Assembly: GCF_006345805.1 (NCBI RefSeq)
Contig: NC_043004.1
Coordinates: 80,600,001-80,664,000, forward strand
Reading direction: 5' to 3'
Origin: Octopus sinensis
Taxonomy: Eukaryota
DNA length: 64,000 nucleotides
The notes under the pieces are model-generated. The model was given only the letters and a program-made list of their open reading frames with translations. It was not told the origin of the DNA and did no database searches. Numbering within the stretch: position 1 is the first letter of the stretch; each line of letters starts with the position of its first letter. Position numbers and translations under genes: made by a program. Shown here piece after piece: positions 26,557 to 41,409 of this stretch.

Positions 26557-26790
26557 GAAGGCACACGGCTTAGTGGTTAAGGTGTTGCACTCACGGTTAC
26601 AAGATCATGAGTTCAATTCCCAGACCGCGCGTTGCATTGTGTTCTTGAGCAAAGCACTTCATTTCATTTCATTTGCTTTGTAATCATTTCGACATCTGAT
26701 ATGTGACACCTATTTGCACCTGTACAGGTAATGTCGATCTGTCCTTGTTTGTCCCCTCTGTTTAGCCCCCTGTGGGCAATAAAGAAATAA
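26557..26790 (+). mobile_element. SINE with family D-like head and family B 3' tail
   Basis: GGCTTAGTGGTTAAG...GAGTTCAATTCC head; the tail TGTCCTTGTTTGTCCCCTCTG.TTTAGCCCC.TGTGGG..ATAAAGAAA matches 42185-42236. Confidence 0.6.
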
Positions 26791-27606
26791 AATGTGGACT
26801 AACCCAATTGTCTTGGGAATTTGCTTAGATATAGCTTACTTCTATGGTGACGGTGGGGACATTGGAGTTAGGGCCATTGTAAAACCCTTATGGATTTTGT
26901 TCCCCACTTCTCCCCCATGTCTGTCCGAAAGAATGAAATATCATCTTGTTTGGAAATGGACCAGGGTTGGCAGCAAGAAGGGCATCTGGCCGTAGAAAAA
27001 TCTGCCTCCACAAATTACATCTGACCCAAGCAAACATGGAAACGTGGGCGTTAAAGAAGGGGATAAAGTAATGACACATTATGAGGGAGATTTGGGTTGT
27101 TATTTCTCACGTAACGAGTAACCACATGGAGGCTGTCTTATGGGCCGCAGTGTTGGAAACGGTATTGAGATACGTGTTAGTTTCAGTCTCAGGAGTGAGT
27201 AATTAACAGTTTGTACACTAATGAACTTGGAAAATCATTAACTGCACATTGGAATCAGATATATATTATGAACACTGAGAATGTGTCTGTATGATGGAGA
27301 GATAGAAAGGGAAAAGGAGATCAACATGAATGTATGTATATATGTAGTGTATATATATCCACAGGTATATAAATAGCTCTTAATTACACAGGTGTGTGTT
27401 GTGTTTTGTTTGCAATCTCAATGTGTCACAATTACAATTTGAAATCTTGTTTTGTGTACACATGTGAGTGTACATATATGTCTTAGTGTGTGTATGCGGA
27501 TGTTCATGTCTATATGTAGTAATGTTTGAGCGAGTGTATATTTTGGTATTCGGCTAAATAGATTTACAAACTTAAAAATTGTTCTGAACATGTATATGTG
27601 TATGTA

Positions 27607-27641
<35 letters not shown>

Positions 27642-27702
27642 AACATATATATGTAGGGCTGTGTTTGTAATTTTCTGTATGTGTGGGTGTCAATGTGTGT
27701 TT

Positions 27703-27758
<56 letters not shown>

Positions 27759-28491
27759 TATGTGTGTGTACATATATGTGTGTGTATATATATATTATAT
27801 ACACACAGTTGCACATATCTATATATAAATATATATATGTATGTGTATATATGTGTATACACAAGCACATACATGTACATGCATACACACACCTATGTAT
27901 CTATATGGTATGTATGTATGTATATATATGTGTGAGTGTATATATATATATATATATGCACTTACTCACGTACACACACTCATACATACATATGCACGTG
28001 CAGATTCAAGTAAGCAAAACAAAAATTTAAAACTGTTCTAATTAAAAATTTAGCTCCTGGAACTATTTTCTTCAAGAAGTTCTTGTTTTGTCTGTAGGTT
28101 TTTTTTTTTTCTTTTTGTCTGTGTGTTCAATAGTTCCTGTTTATAAAACGTCCACTGTCCATGTTGCCAAAAGAATCATTTTACCATTTGTTGGGTGGAA
28201 AAATGAAATGAGAAACAAAGAAATGGAATTGAAATTTTCGGTTTTCATTTCGCATTTTTTGAAATTCTGTGTTTTTTTTTAATTTTGTTTTCTTACACAT
28301 GTATTGGCCTATGGGTGTATGTGTGTGTGTGTATATATAGATGAGTATTTGTCTATTTTCAAGTTTGTCTATATGTGTGAATGTGTATGTGTATATATAT
28401 CTATATCTATATATATATATATATATATATATGTCTATTTTCATGTATGTACGTGTGTCTGTAGAATGTGTGTGTCTGTAGATATATATAC

Positions 28492-28538
<47 letters not shown>

Positions 28539-28899
28539 ATGTTCTTATGTATGTGTGTATATATGTATGTATACTATATCACTTGTATATATATGTCTGT
28601 TTTCTCTAGTGTGTATGCCTGTGTGTATGCATCTATATCCATTTCTAGTAGTCAATCTCTCCTCTCCTTTATACATACATATATATAAGTATAATATATA
28701 TATCTATATATATATATATATATATATATAATCAAGACTTGCATATGAATGTAGATAAAAAATACAAGATTTAATATAATTTTGCATCAGCTGTGCACAT
28801 ACATGCAAAAAATATATATACCTGTGCATATACTCCTATATGTGTGTTTGTGTATATTTTCATCATAGATTCCTTTATAACCATTCCACCACTATCACT

Positions 28900-28930
<31 letters not shown>

Positions 28931-29972
28931 ACATACACACACACACACACACTGCCAGAAAAAAAGGAAATTTATAGAAAAACCAATGTAAACAGTGTTT
29001 GGTTCCAAATTCAACAAATTCCTTTTGGTTATGTTTTTGTTTTTTGGTTTTTGTCTCTAACCTGTAATGTTCTATCAAAACACATTCTCTTGTAAGACTC
29101 CAAGACATTCTTATTTCCTTAAATACCATCTGTGCAGACCAAAATGGTACCAAGCCAAGGAATGGGCCTCTATACAGCCAGACATACTGCTAGAAGTAAT
29201 GGCTAAATCTTCTTAAAATCTCTTTTTTTTTTTGTCAGCACATAGTAATATTTGATAATACCATCTAATATTGATGTACTTTGGGTGGGTGGTTTTGCTA
29301 ATAAAATACACACACCAGTTATATTTCTCTTCCTTTTATTATTAAACTTTGTTAAGGCAGTGAACTGGTGTTGTTTGTACGGCTGGGTGCCCTTCCTAAT
29401 GCCCACCACTCTGCAGTGTGTATTGTGTAGTTTTTATATTTGACCAGCGCTGGGGAGACTTATGCAGCTTCTGAGATTATGAACCCCAAAAGAAATGACT
29501 TTATGCTAAGAGATGAGAAGTTAAAGGATGAGAAAGGGGACCAGGGTGAAAAAGGTCTCTTGCTGTTAAGGGTCACGTGATTATTCAAATTTTAAAAGAG
29601 AGGGTGTGCGATAATTGGGTTGGGGCTATAGAAAGACAAAAATTGTGGCAATGAGGTACCTGTACAGGGTGGGGTCTTGGAAGGTGACTCAAGCTATGGG
29701 ATGAGCGGAAGTGAATGTGTGTGTGTGCATCTGTGTATGTGTGCATATGTGTATACAGGCATGTGTGTGCCTGTGTGTTTATATGTATGTGTAAGTATTT
29801 ACATAACTTTTAAGTAAATCATTCTTTAAAACAGACTCTTTAACTTAGGCTCAGAAAATCCCAAATAATCACATATGTATACATATACATACATACCTAT
29901 ATATAGATAGGTATATGTATATACATATATATGTGTGTGTATGTGTATATATATATATGTGTGTGGTGTGTG

Positions 29973-30007
<35 letters not shown>

Positions 30008-30403
30008 CATACATATATGTGCGTACACTCACAAATAATAAATCTCTTTTTCTGTCTACTCCTCATTAACACCCTCTCTTCTGAAGCCATGCACAAACAT
30101 AAATTAACACTCACACCCTCTCAAGCTCTCTCTCTCTCTTTGTATACATGTGTGTGTATACATACACACACATATAAATTTCTCCCTCTCAGTTTTTCTT
30201 TCTGTAGGCATTTAAACATATGCACACACACAAACATATATACATATAAATCTTCCTCTCTCTCTCTCTCTCTCCTTCTTGTTTTTCTTCCTCTCTCGGC
30301 TCTCTCTCTCTGTAATATTTAAAACTTTTCCTTCACTATCTTTTTCTACTGCTTGCCTTTCTCTCTGTATATGTGTGTGTATATATATATGTATGTGTAT
30401 GCG

Positions 30404-30434
<31 letters not shown>

Positions 30435-30999
30435 TGTGTGTGTATATGCATACACATATATATACACATATAGACACATGCACACACACATATAAATCTT
30501 TCCCTCCCCACACACTCACTCTCCATCTCTCTCTCTCTCCTCTCCCTCTTTCGCTTTTCCTCCATCTCTCACCTTCTCCGTCATTTACCAATATTCCAAC
30601 ATGCCTTCAAAGATTACATCTGGATCTTGTAATGCCATACATTACATTTTTTTTTTCCCCCTAATTCCTGCTCACCCACCACCCCCCCGTCCCCTCCCCC
30701 CCCCTCGCAACTCATCTCCCTTTTCTCTCCCTCGTTCCCCCCCCCATTCTCCCCCATCCCCCTCCCTGCATTTCCATTGAAATAGTTTTCCTTGGTTCTT
30801 CACTTATTCCAGGGCAGTTTGCCAAAAAAAATTTATCTTCCACAACTTGGTTCTCCTGTCAACTTCAGAAATTCTTGGACCATTCAAGATTTTGCAGGTG
30901 CTTCATCAACAACAACAACAACAATAAAATTAGTAATACAGCTAATAGTGCTTCTACTACTACTACTACTATTCTTAATAATGATAATAATTATTATTA

Positions 31000-31628
31000 T
31001 TTCAAAACTTTTGCCTCAAGGGTAGCTTGGGAGAGGTGGGAGTAGATTACTTAGATCCCAGTGTTCAACTGGTACTTATTTTATCAACCCCGAGAGGATG
31101 AAAGGTAAAGTCAACCTTGCCAGAATTTGAACTCAGAACTTAAAGACAGAGGAAATACTGCTAAGCATTTCATCCGGTGTGCTTACATTTCTGCCAGTTC
31201 GCCTAATAATAATAACAATAATAATAATAGTAATAATAATAATGATAGTCCTTTCTACTGGAGGCACAAGGCCTCACATTTGGAAGAAGGGATTAAATCA
31301 ATTATATCGACCCCAGTGCATAACTGGTACATATTTAATCGACCCCGAAGAGATGAAAGGCAAGGTCGACCTCGGCGGAATTTGAGCTCAAAACATAAAG
31401 ACTGACAAATGGTTTCAAATTTTGGCAGGTCTGCAATTTTGAGTGGAGGGGATATAAGTTGACACCATCAACCCCAGCATGTGACTGGTACTATATTTCA
31501 ATTGACCCTGGAAGGATAAAAGGCTAAGTCCACCTCGGCAGAAGCTTAAGTGAGGATGTAAAGAGCCAGAGAAAATAGTACTAAGCATTTTGTCTGACAC
31601 ACAAATGATTCTGCCAGCTCACTGCCTT
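31000..31628 (-). mobile_element. Three tandem SINE family B copies
   Basis: Repeated GATGAAAGG...GAATTTGAACTCAG...CTGCCAG blocks. Confidence 0.7.
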
Positions 31629-32530
31629 GATGTTGATGGTGGTGGTGGTGGTGATGACGATAGTGAGGGTGATGGTAATGATGATTAAAAGAAGGATCGG
31701 GGTGGAAGCTGTGGAGGAAGTGGTGTCGATGTATGTTGTCTACTTCAGATTGTGTGTTGTTTGTTTAATTTGTCATAATCACTTCAAAGGCAACCCAAAG
31801 GAAACGGCGGGTGGGTGGGGTACCAAGCATGCTGTAGGGTTAATGAGGATCTTAGTGTAGTGAGGTCAACACAAACACACACACACACACACACATATGT
31901 GCAACACACACAACCATAAGCTTCATCATGTGGTGATGGAACCAAAGCGAACCACCCTTCACCTGGAATTATTAATTAGAACAATGAACAAATAAGATAA
32001 TGGTAGAATTGGCTGGAAGGTTCTTGCCTTGTGAACCACTTGGTAATCTCATTAGTGCTAGCACCATGAAACAAGCACCCTGTACCCTGTGAAATGGTTG
32101 CCTTTAGGAACAGTGTGACAACTCCTTGTCACACTGTCCAACCCATGCCAGCATGGAAAGCAGACGTTAAACGATGATGATTAACTGTGCCCAAATTGTT
32201 GGCCTTGTGCCAAAATTAGAAACAATTATTGTTAAGGTGCTAATTAGTCAACCATGAACTGTTGAAAGGGAGTGGGGCAAGAGGTTGAAAGGGAGGGAGA
32301 TTACAATGTATTAATTGCACATGACTGACAAACACTTTTCTCTCAGAGAGAGAGAGGGGGAGAGAGAGGAGGTAGTGAGGAGAGAAGGAAAGGAGGAAGG
32401 AGAAAAGAGAGAAGTGGAGAGAGGAGAGAAACCTCATCAAGGAAAGCACTGGAGTTCAATGCAGTTCTCTGATGTATTGGATCCTGTTGGAACATCCAAC
32501 CCAAGCTAGTATTGAAGATGGACATTAAAT

Positions 32531-32836
32531 CAGTGGTTGTCAACCAGGGCTCTTATTGACACCTGGGGATCCATATAAGCAAAATAGTACATTAGGGGTC
32601 CAGCGTTATATTTTAAGTGTCCATGAAAAACATTTTGTGTCAGATGTATTTCTTTGCAAGGAACAAATAGGTTTCTTTCTTTGTCGAATGTTTTTATGTT
32701 GTTTGGGTAAAACAAAATAGGGATCTTGAAAGAAGTTTCTGTAAAACCAATTTCAAACATCGAATGACTATAGGGGCCTGCCAGAATAAAATAGTTACCA
32801 AAAGGGGTCATAGGTAAAAATACTTGAGAACCCCTG
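32531..32836. mobile_element. hAT (Charlie-like) MITE
   Basis: Ends CAGTGGTTGTCAACC ... CTTGAGAACCCCTG; flanks CATTAAAT / CTTTAGAT (6/8 match). Confidence 0.6.
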
Positions 32837-33039
32837 CTTTAGATGTATGTATTGGTATGTATTGCTGCAAGAAACAGCTGGGTTTCTTTCTTGGACATTT
32901 TTACATAGTCCAACCTACACAAGTTAACAGTGAGAAAAACAAAATAGGAATTTTCAAAGAAGTTTCTAGTTTCTAGAAGAACTAGTTTTTAAACATCGGA
33001 TGGCTATGGGTAGGGGCACCAGAATAAAAAAAATAATCA

Positions 33040-33236
33040 TAAGCGTAGGAGTGGCTGTGTAGTAAGTAGCTTCCTTACAAACCACATGGTTCTGGGTTCA
33101 GTCCCACTGCATGGCACCTTGGGCAAGTGTCTTCTACTATAGTCTTGGGGTGACCAAAGCTTTGTGAATGGATTTGGTAGACGGAAACTGAAAGAAGCCC
33201 GTTGTATATATGTATATATATATATGTATGTATGTA

Positions 33237-33267
<31 letters not shown>

Positions 33268-33473
33268 TTGTGTGTCTGTATTTATCCCCACCAACATCGC
33301 TTAACAACCGATGGTGGTGTGTTTATGTTCCCGTAACTTAGCAGTTCAGCTAAAGAGAATGATAGAGTAAGTATTAGGCTTACGAAGAATAAGTCCTAGG
33401 GTCGATTTGCTTGACTAAAGGCGATGCTCCAGCATGGCCACAGTCAAATGACTGAAACAAGTAAAAGAGTAAA
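33040..33473 (+). mobile_element. SINE family A, full length
   Basis: GGAGTGGCTGTGTAGTAAG head, internal (TA/TG)n and the shared tail. Confidence 0.8.
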
Positions 33474-34387
33474 GGGGTTGATAAATAATTGTCGAGAACT
33501 ACTGAGTTAGACAATGATGATGATGATGATGATGACTTGCAAGTGAGTGATGGCTTGGTTGCATATTCCATGCCCTTTGCTAATTGTTTTTGGCCAGCAT
33601 GCAGTTGTGGACAGGCACAAGCAACATCTCAGCTCTCTTACCCATGACCCAGTGGAGCCATGTTGTGACTCTTGGAGGGGAAAATGAAGCTATACCAACA
33701 ATAGGCTGTTACAATTTTTATATCATCCTTTCCCCCTCCCCCAGCCCTAAAAGAATAAGCAGTAAAGTGGACTGTGGCAGGATTTGAACTCAGAACACAA
33801 AGACCATTTTAGATGCTCTAACATACCATGCATAAATGTCTGTACATGTATGGTTTTTTTCCCCCTTTTTTTTTTACCAATGGATTTTAAAGGATGTAAA
33901 CATGAGTTAGAAAAAAAAGAAACAAAAAACAAAACCTACTGCATTCTGATCAAGTCCCTTGTGATGATTGTTCTGCACTGAGTTACCAACACATCCTTGT
34001 CACTATCTCCCGCTTGAAAGCTGTAACCAATTATGTTATCGTTCTCCAACTGCAGTAAAAATAAAAAAATACAACTAAATAAATATATAATGTGATTATG
34101 AAACACTTTGGGGGAAAATTAGAAACGGAACAGACAAGAAATGTGCGTTATTGGCATCATTATTATCAGAGGAATGAGGTTATTATGTAAAAAGTCAACT
34201 GGGTTGATACTAAAAGTCTGCCTGTACTTCTATTAGCGCCAGAATTTAGTGGGATGGCATGTGGTGGAGGAACCAACAATTTAGGAAATTATCTCTCAGT
34301 TACTTTCCTATTTGGTGCTGTAATTCCATTTTATGATAATTATTGTTCTTGCTGTTGTTATTAGTATTATTGTTGTTCTTGTTGTTA

Positions 34388-34601
34388 GGGCGGCAAGCTG
34401 ACAGAATCGTTAGTACCCCTGGCAAAATGCTTGGCAGTGTTTCATCCGTCTTTACGTTCTGAGTTCAAATTCCACTGTCGTCGACTTTGTCTTCCTTCCT
34501 TTCGGGGTCGATAAATTAAATACCAGTCAAGTACTGAGATAAATGTCATTGATTGTCCCCCTCCCCTCAAAAATCCAAGTCTTGTGCCTATTGGAGAAAG
34601 G
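34388..34601 (+). mobile_element. SINE family B
   Basis: A/B boxes and the central domain. Confidence 0.75.
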
Positions 34602-34603
34602 AG

Positions 34604-34658
<55 letters not shown>

Positions 34659-34770
34659 AATATAAATAGGCTTGAGGTAACTCCTCCAGAAGATAGAGAA
34701 GCAAAATAAAAAAGCAGTGTGCCATTGTTCACTTGATGACAATGGCACTCTTCTTGCTTTTGCTATTATT

Positions 34771-35163
34771 TACTTTTTTACTTGTTTAAGTCATTTGACT
34801 GCGGCCATGCTGGGGCACCAACTTTAGTCGAGCAAATCGACCCCAGGACTTATTCTTTGTAAGCCTAGTATTTATTCTATCGACCTCTTTTGCTGAACCG
34901 CTAAGTTACGGGAACGTAAATACACCAGCATCGGTTGTCAAGTGATGTTGGGGGGACAAACACAGACACACAAACATATACACATATATATATATACGAC
35001 GAGCTTCTTTAAGTTTCCGTTTACCAAATCCACTCACAAGGCTTTGGTCAGCCCAAGGCTATAGTAGAAGACACTTGGCCAAGGTGCCACACAGTGGGAC
35101 TGAACCCGGAACCATGTGGTTGGTAAGCAAGCTATTTACCACACAGCCACTCCTACGCCTATA
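34771..35163 (-). mobile_element. SINE family A, full length
   Basis: Reverse complement of the family A consensus. Confidence 0.8.
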
Positions 35164-36099
35164 ATGGGATTTTTTTTTAAAACTTCAAATAGGTAGCGGG
35201 AGCATGGGCTCCACGGGAGTAAAATCTGAACCAAAGGCAAAAAAAAGGTCGAGTACTCCTGACCCAGACGAGAGAGACTTTAACAGCTATCTCTAGCCAG
35301 TTGACCGACCATGCAGCAGCTCCCTCATTAGCGGATATGCACAAAGGTTCTTTAGTATAGATTCTCCTCCACCCCTTCCTGCCCTCTCTCCATTTCCGCT
35401 TCGTCTTTAGAAGTCAACAACGATGGCTGACGGTTTGTCTTTTGATTAAGCTAACAATTGAGAACACTGAAGATTTCCAGCTCAATGCTTGCCCACCTCC
35501 AACTCGTGAATTTATTACAGTTGTTTCCTGGTGTATCTGCGCAATACATGTTAAACTTGCATAGCTTTAGTTCACTCACCTGTCTGGAATACAACATACC
35601 TGGTCACCTGAGTATATTTATTTCTTAACTCGTTATAGACTGATGATGCCTCTATGTGGCTCTTTATCCTGCTAGAGATAGCAGCCAAGTCTATCTTGAA
35701 ATACACCCTACTGCCCTTCAAAAAATAAAGGGGCATATTAGCAGGATACATTAAGGGTTTTTGTTTTTGCTTCTTTTTACATAAGGAAGGGGGTCTGGGG
35801 TGAAAGGGTAGGGTCCATGGACTAACAACTCACCCAAACCATGTCAGGATGGAAAGCTGATGTTGTGGTGGTAGTAGTAGTGGTGAAGATATTTCTACCT
35901 CTCCCTCCTCCCTTCTCTCTCCCCTCTTCCCCTCTCCTTCTTCCTATATATATGTGTATGTGTGTGTATCTATATATATATATATATATATTAAAATTCT
36001 TTTCAAATTTTAACACTTTCTCTTCCCCATCTTTAACAATTTGTTAAGCTCTATGGGATACCTTTCCCTAAATTCTCATAACACACCATATACATTACT

Positions 36100-36270
36100 T
36101 ACATTTTTTACATTATTTACATTTGATGGATATTTGTCCTCATCTTGTTTGTTGTTAACACAACATTTTGGCTGATATATCCCCCAGCCTTTATCAGGTG
36201 TCTTGGGGGAAATTTTGAACCTGGGTTCTTATTCCTAAGCTATTTTTCCATGTTATTATTATTATGGTTA
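36100..36270 (-). mobile_element. Older copy of the 56.7-kb PLE-like element with eroded hammerhead (36157-36202)
   Basis: GACAC CTGATAA A GGCTG-ggggatatat-CAGCC AAAA TG TT GTGTT. Core G8 and G12 are mutated; the flanks align with 56712-56870. Confidence 0.6.
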
Positions 36271-37025
36271 CTCCCTGGAACTCTTAACCACTATACCATG
36301 TGTCCGTAACTGTAACACTATATACATGTAATAATTTCATATTCACAAACATCTTACACCAGTAAGCTACCAACTAAATATGAAGGATCTTTATTAGAAA
36401 TCACCCTTTGGAACCCTCCTTAATAAAGGATGAAATAAAACTCAATCTTTTCATAAGACTGTGAGTGTTTATTGAGCGAAAACACCTAAAAGCTCCTGCA
36501 AGGCTCTGGCAGGGAGTGGTGGCAAACCCTGCTGTGCTCTTTCACCACAACTGTCTCTCACTCTTTCTTCTTATATCTGTTGTACCTGTATTTCAAAGGT
36601 TTCTAAGCACAAATTCTGCTGACTTTGCTTTTCATTCTTTTGGGGTCATTAAAATAAGTACTGGTTCAATACTGGGGTCAATGTAATCAACTTAGCCCCT
36701 CCCCCAAAATTGCTGGCACTCTGCCAAAACTTGAAATCGGTACATATATAACATCTCGTAAATGATTTCCTTCCACCTTCCCTTAGATAGATTGATAGAT
36801 AGATAGATCGATAGAAGAGAGAGAGAGAAAGGAAGTTAGATAGTACTGTTGGGTATTATGTATTGTAACAAGCTACTCAAAGACACTAGTGTTATTGGAC
36901 GAGATAAGCAACATGAAATTCAAGCACTACCAAACCTAAAGGGGACGACAGATATTCCTGGTGCAGCAATTATCAGACGTGACTCTGGTACAACCACTTG
37001 AAGAACTTCCCCCAAAATATATGTG

Positions 37026-37141
<116 letters not shown>

Positions 37142-37736
37142 TACATATATATATATACATACATATATATATACACACACATATATCTATATATACACAC
37201 ATATATACATAAATAAATATATATGTGTGTATATATTTTTGTGTCTATATATGTGTGTGTATATATATATATTTATACACACACGCATACATGCATGTAC
37301 AGATATACATTTATATTTTGTTGTTAGGTTTTTAGGTTTGTTATTTTAATAGTCCTTTTTATTATCTTTTTATTCCGACCTTTATTATGCAGTTACTAGA
37401 TTGCCTTGATGTGTTTGGTTATGGTTCAGGGTAGTGGCAGCGGTGGTGATGGTTGTTATCATTGGAGGGTGGAGGAGAAGTCATAAGGGAAGGGTTAACA
37501 CAGTCAGCTAACTTTCCTACATAATCAACTTGTTTATCACTGTACAATATGTAGATGTTATCAGGGCGTTTTCTCTAGAATGTATTTGTTCTTGTTGTTG
37601 CAGTTGTTGTTTTTTCCGCCTTTTGGATTCTTGGGAAAATAATATGTGCATATATATGCAAATGTACTCTATGTACGTGCATGTATGTATGTGTGTTTTT
37701 ATTTACATATCATTATTATTATTATCATTATTATTA

Positions 37737-37773
<37 letters not shown>

Positions 37774-37784
37774 GATCCTTATTA

Positions 37785-38710
37785 TTAGCTGGCAGAATTG
37801 TTAGCTTGCTAGATTAAACGCTTTGTGGTTATCTCTTCCTATTATATGTTCAGTGTTCAAATACTGCCAAAGTTAACTTCGCCTATTGTTCTTTCAGGGT
37901 CGATAAAATAAATACCAGTCAAGTACTGGGGTCAATGTAATTGACTTCCGCCTTCCCTCAAAATCTGTTGGCCTCGTACTAAAATTTGAAACTTTTATTA
38001 TTATTAAAGGTCACAAACGAGCAGAATAATATAGTACTTTGGGCAAAATGCTTAGCAGCATTTCACCTTTCGGGGGTTGATAAATTAAGTACCAGTTGAA
38101 TACTGGGATCAACGTAATTGAATAACACCTCTCCCCCGCTAAGATTGCTGGCCTTGCACCAAACATTTAAACCATTTTAAAAGATGAGCTGGCGGAATTG
38201 TTAGCACATTGGGCAAATTGCTTTGTAGTGTTCCCTCCATTTGCCAGGGTCATCTTTGCCTTCTATCTCTCCACGGTTGATAAAATGAGTACCAGTTGAA
38301 TATTGGGGGTCAGTGTAATCGATTGACTTCCTCCCTTTGACATTCCTGGCCTTGTGTCTAAATTTGAAACCCAACAGAGAGGTGATGAAGCATTGACATA
38401 CTGGTCATCATCACCATCATCATTATTATATTTTAAAAAGGACTGACATAACTCTTCGTCATGACTATTATTATTATTATTGTTGTTGTTGTTGTCAGTG
38501 AGCTGGCAGAATCGTTAGCACGCCAGGCAAAATGCTTAGCGGCTTTTCATCTGCTGTTACGTTCTGAGTTCAAATTCTGCCAAGATCGACTTTCTCTTTA
38601 TCCTTTTGGGGTCAACAAATTAAGTACCAGTTGTGTACTGGAGTCAATCTAATCAGTTGACCCCCGCCTCCCACCAAATTTCAGGCCTTGTGCCTTTAGT
38701 AGAAAGGATT
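37785..38710 (+). mobile_element. Four tandem SINE family B copies/fragments
   Basis: Repeated CTGGCAGAAT...AGTACCAGTT...GGCCTTG blocks separated by (TAT)n/(CAT)n. Confidence 0.7.
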
Positions 38711-38824
38711 ATTATTATTATTATCATCATCATCAGTAGCAGCATTATTACTAGTATTATTTATTCATTTTTACTATTTGTAGTTTTATTATTATTATTA
38801 TCATTATTACTATTATTATTATTA

Positions 38825-38868
<44 letters not shown>

Positions 38869-39074
38869 GTTAGTAGTGGTAATTATTTTTGTTTCTTTTC
38901 GTTTTATTTATTCTTTGATTGTGCAGAATCGGTTAATTTCATTTCTGTTGCAGCTGGCAGAGTCCAACACATTTCCACGAATCTCATGTTTACATTAAAC
39001 TCTGATTGCATGACATGACACAAACAACAACCAATAAAAAATCAAAACGAGACACTAACCAAAGAAGATGCCAT

Positions 39075-39109
<35 letters not shown>

Positions 39110-40212
39110 AGTATATGTATATATGTTTGTGTATGTGTGTATATATACATATATATATATATATATGGAGAGAGGGAAGATGATATATTTGTGTGTATAT
39201 ATATGTGTATATTTGTGTGTGTATATATGCTTGTGTGTGTGTGTGTGTAATGAAACTTATAAAAAGCTAAATTATTTCTGTACGGAATCACATTCTCAAT
39301 TTTATATAATTTTATTTTCAAATTAGTGGAGGGGGGGAGGGACAAAAAGAAATACAGAATGCTAAAACATAAAATATAAAAATAGCTTTAAAACAAACAA
39401 TTTCATGTAAATTACACACATGTGTGTATGTGTGCGTGCATGTGAAAAGGGACAGTGTGTATATGATTGTATATAGTGTGTGTATGAGTGAAAGGGGACA
39501 GTGATTTTATCTGTTTATTTGTGTATGTGCATGTGAAACAGGACTGAGCGTGTAGACGTGCATAGAAGAGACGGTAGGCATGTGTGTGCATAGATATATG
39601 TATGGTATGGAAAGAGAGCTGCGTTGTAGGTACATGTATGATAGGAACAGTGTTTGCATATGTGTGTGAAAGAGAAATGTATATGTATGTGCATATGTGT
39701 ATGTATGGAAGAGATTGTGTGTATATGTATTCGTGAAAGGCGACAGTGTCTGTGCATACGTGTATATATGAAAGAGGGCAGTGTGTGTGTGTGTGAAAAG
39801 TGATTCAGTGTTTGTCTATTTTGGTGTATATCATGCCCTGCATTTTCATTACTGTATAGGTGTATATACTTTGTCATACGAATGTGTATGTATGATAACG
39901 TATGCATTGTATATGTACGTTCTCTTGTTTGTCTGTGCGTGTGTTTGTGTAGAAAATTTTGCTTCCTTGAAAATAAATAAAATTTAAATGTCTCAATGTT
40001 TATAATTTATCAAATTTAATTTCTACCTAGCTTCATACCACTTGAGTTAACGAGCAGTTAAGAATGAAAAAAAAACAAATAATTACTGAAATTATTGTTA
40101 ATGCATTGTATTCAAGGTGTGTGTGGGTGTTTATGTCTGAATATGTATGTATATGTATTTGTGTACATGTGTGTGTGTGTGTGTGTATCTGAGTGCATAT
40201 CTATATACATAC

Positions 40213-40224
<12 letters not shown>

Positions 40225-40256
<32 letters not shown>

Positions 40257-40434
40257 TTATTTATATATATTTATTTATTTATATATATTTATTTATTTAT
40301 ATATATTCATTTATTTATATATATTTATTTATTTATATATTTATTTATTTATATATATTTATTTATATATATATATTTATCTATTTATATATATTTATAT
40401 ATATATTTATTTATATATATATTTATATATATAT
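40225..40434. repeat. Almost pure A/T minisatellite (TATTTATTTATATATA-type, about 16 bp)
   Basis: Direct reading; only about two C residues in about 210 bp. Confidence 0.9.
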
Positions 40435-40499
40435 AGATAGATAGATACATATTATATATACGTACACATATGTATATACATACATATATATATCATCAT

Positions 40500-40935
40500 C
40501 ATCATTGTCTAACATCTGCTTTCCATACTAGCATGGGTTGGACGATTTGACTGAGAGCAGGTGAACTAGATGGCTGCACCAGGCTCCAATCTGATCTGGC
40601 ACTGTTTCTACTGCTGGATGCCCTTCCTAACGCCAACCACTCTAAGAGTGTATTGGGTGCTTTTCCGTGCCACTGGCACGAGGCCAGTCAGGCGGTACTA
40701 GCAATGACCTCACTCGAATCTTTTTACACATGTCACCGGCACAGGTGCCAGTAAGGCGATACTGGTAACGAACATGCTTGAATGGTGCCTCTTACATGCC
40801 ACCGGCACAGAAGCCAGTTAGCCGCTCCGGCAACGATCACGCTTAGACGGTGCTCTTAACACCCTACTAGCACAGGATTCGAGTGCCAGTAAGGCGATGC
40901 TGGTAATGATCACACTTGAATGGTGCACTCGAATG
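40500..40935 (-). mobile_element. Family C short retroposon with internal array
   Basis: Same tail and GGTGCTTTT...GCCAC units. Confidence 0.7.
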
Positions 40936-41198
40936 GTGCCATATATATATATATGCTCACCAAAATAAAACTCAGCCATTCAGAGGCCAGCAAACATAGT
41001 GATGCCCTTGAGAAGTCCTTAAGCAAGGGTCTGTGTATTTTCCCTCGTTACATTCCATATCAATCCACCAGCGTCTAGGGGAGAACAGAAGGCACACTTC
41101 ACCTCCATGTAATCAATGCAAAAATCTTTATATTGCACGTTTGTATGCACACTCCCATGTGTGCACACATGCACTAACATATGAGTAAATTTAGAAAG

Positions 41199-41229
<31 letters not shown>

Positions 41230-41409
41230 ATAATACTTTGCATGTACCACATCCTAACATTTTTTCTTGTTTGTTTTTCATTTTTTGGGATTTACTATAT
41301 ATATATATATATATATGCATGTTTGCTTGTGTTCAGAGGCAATTATGCTGGTGAACAAATTAGATATATTAAATATAGCACCTTGGGTATGAAATACAAT
41401 ATATGTATT

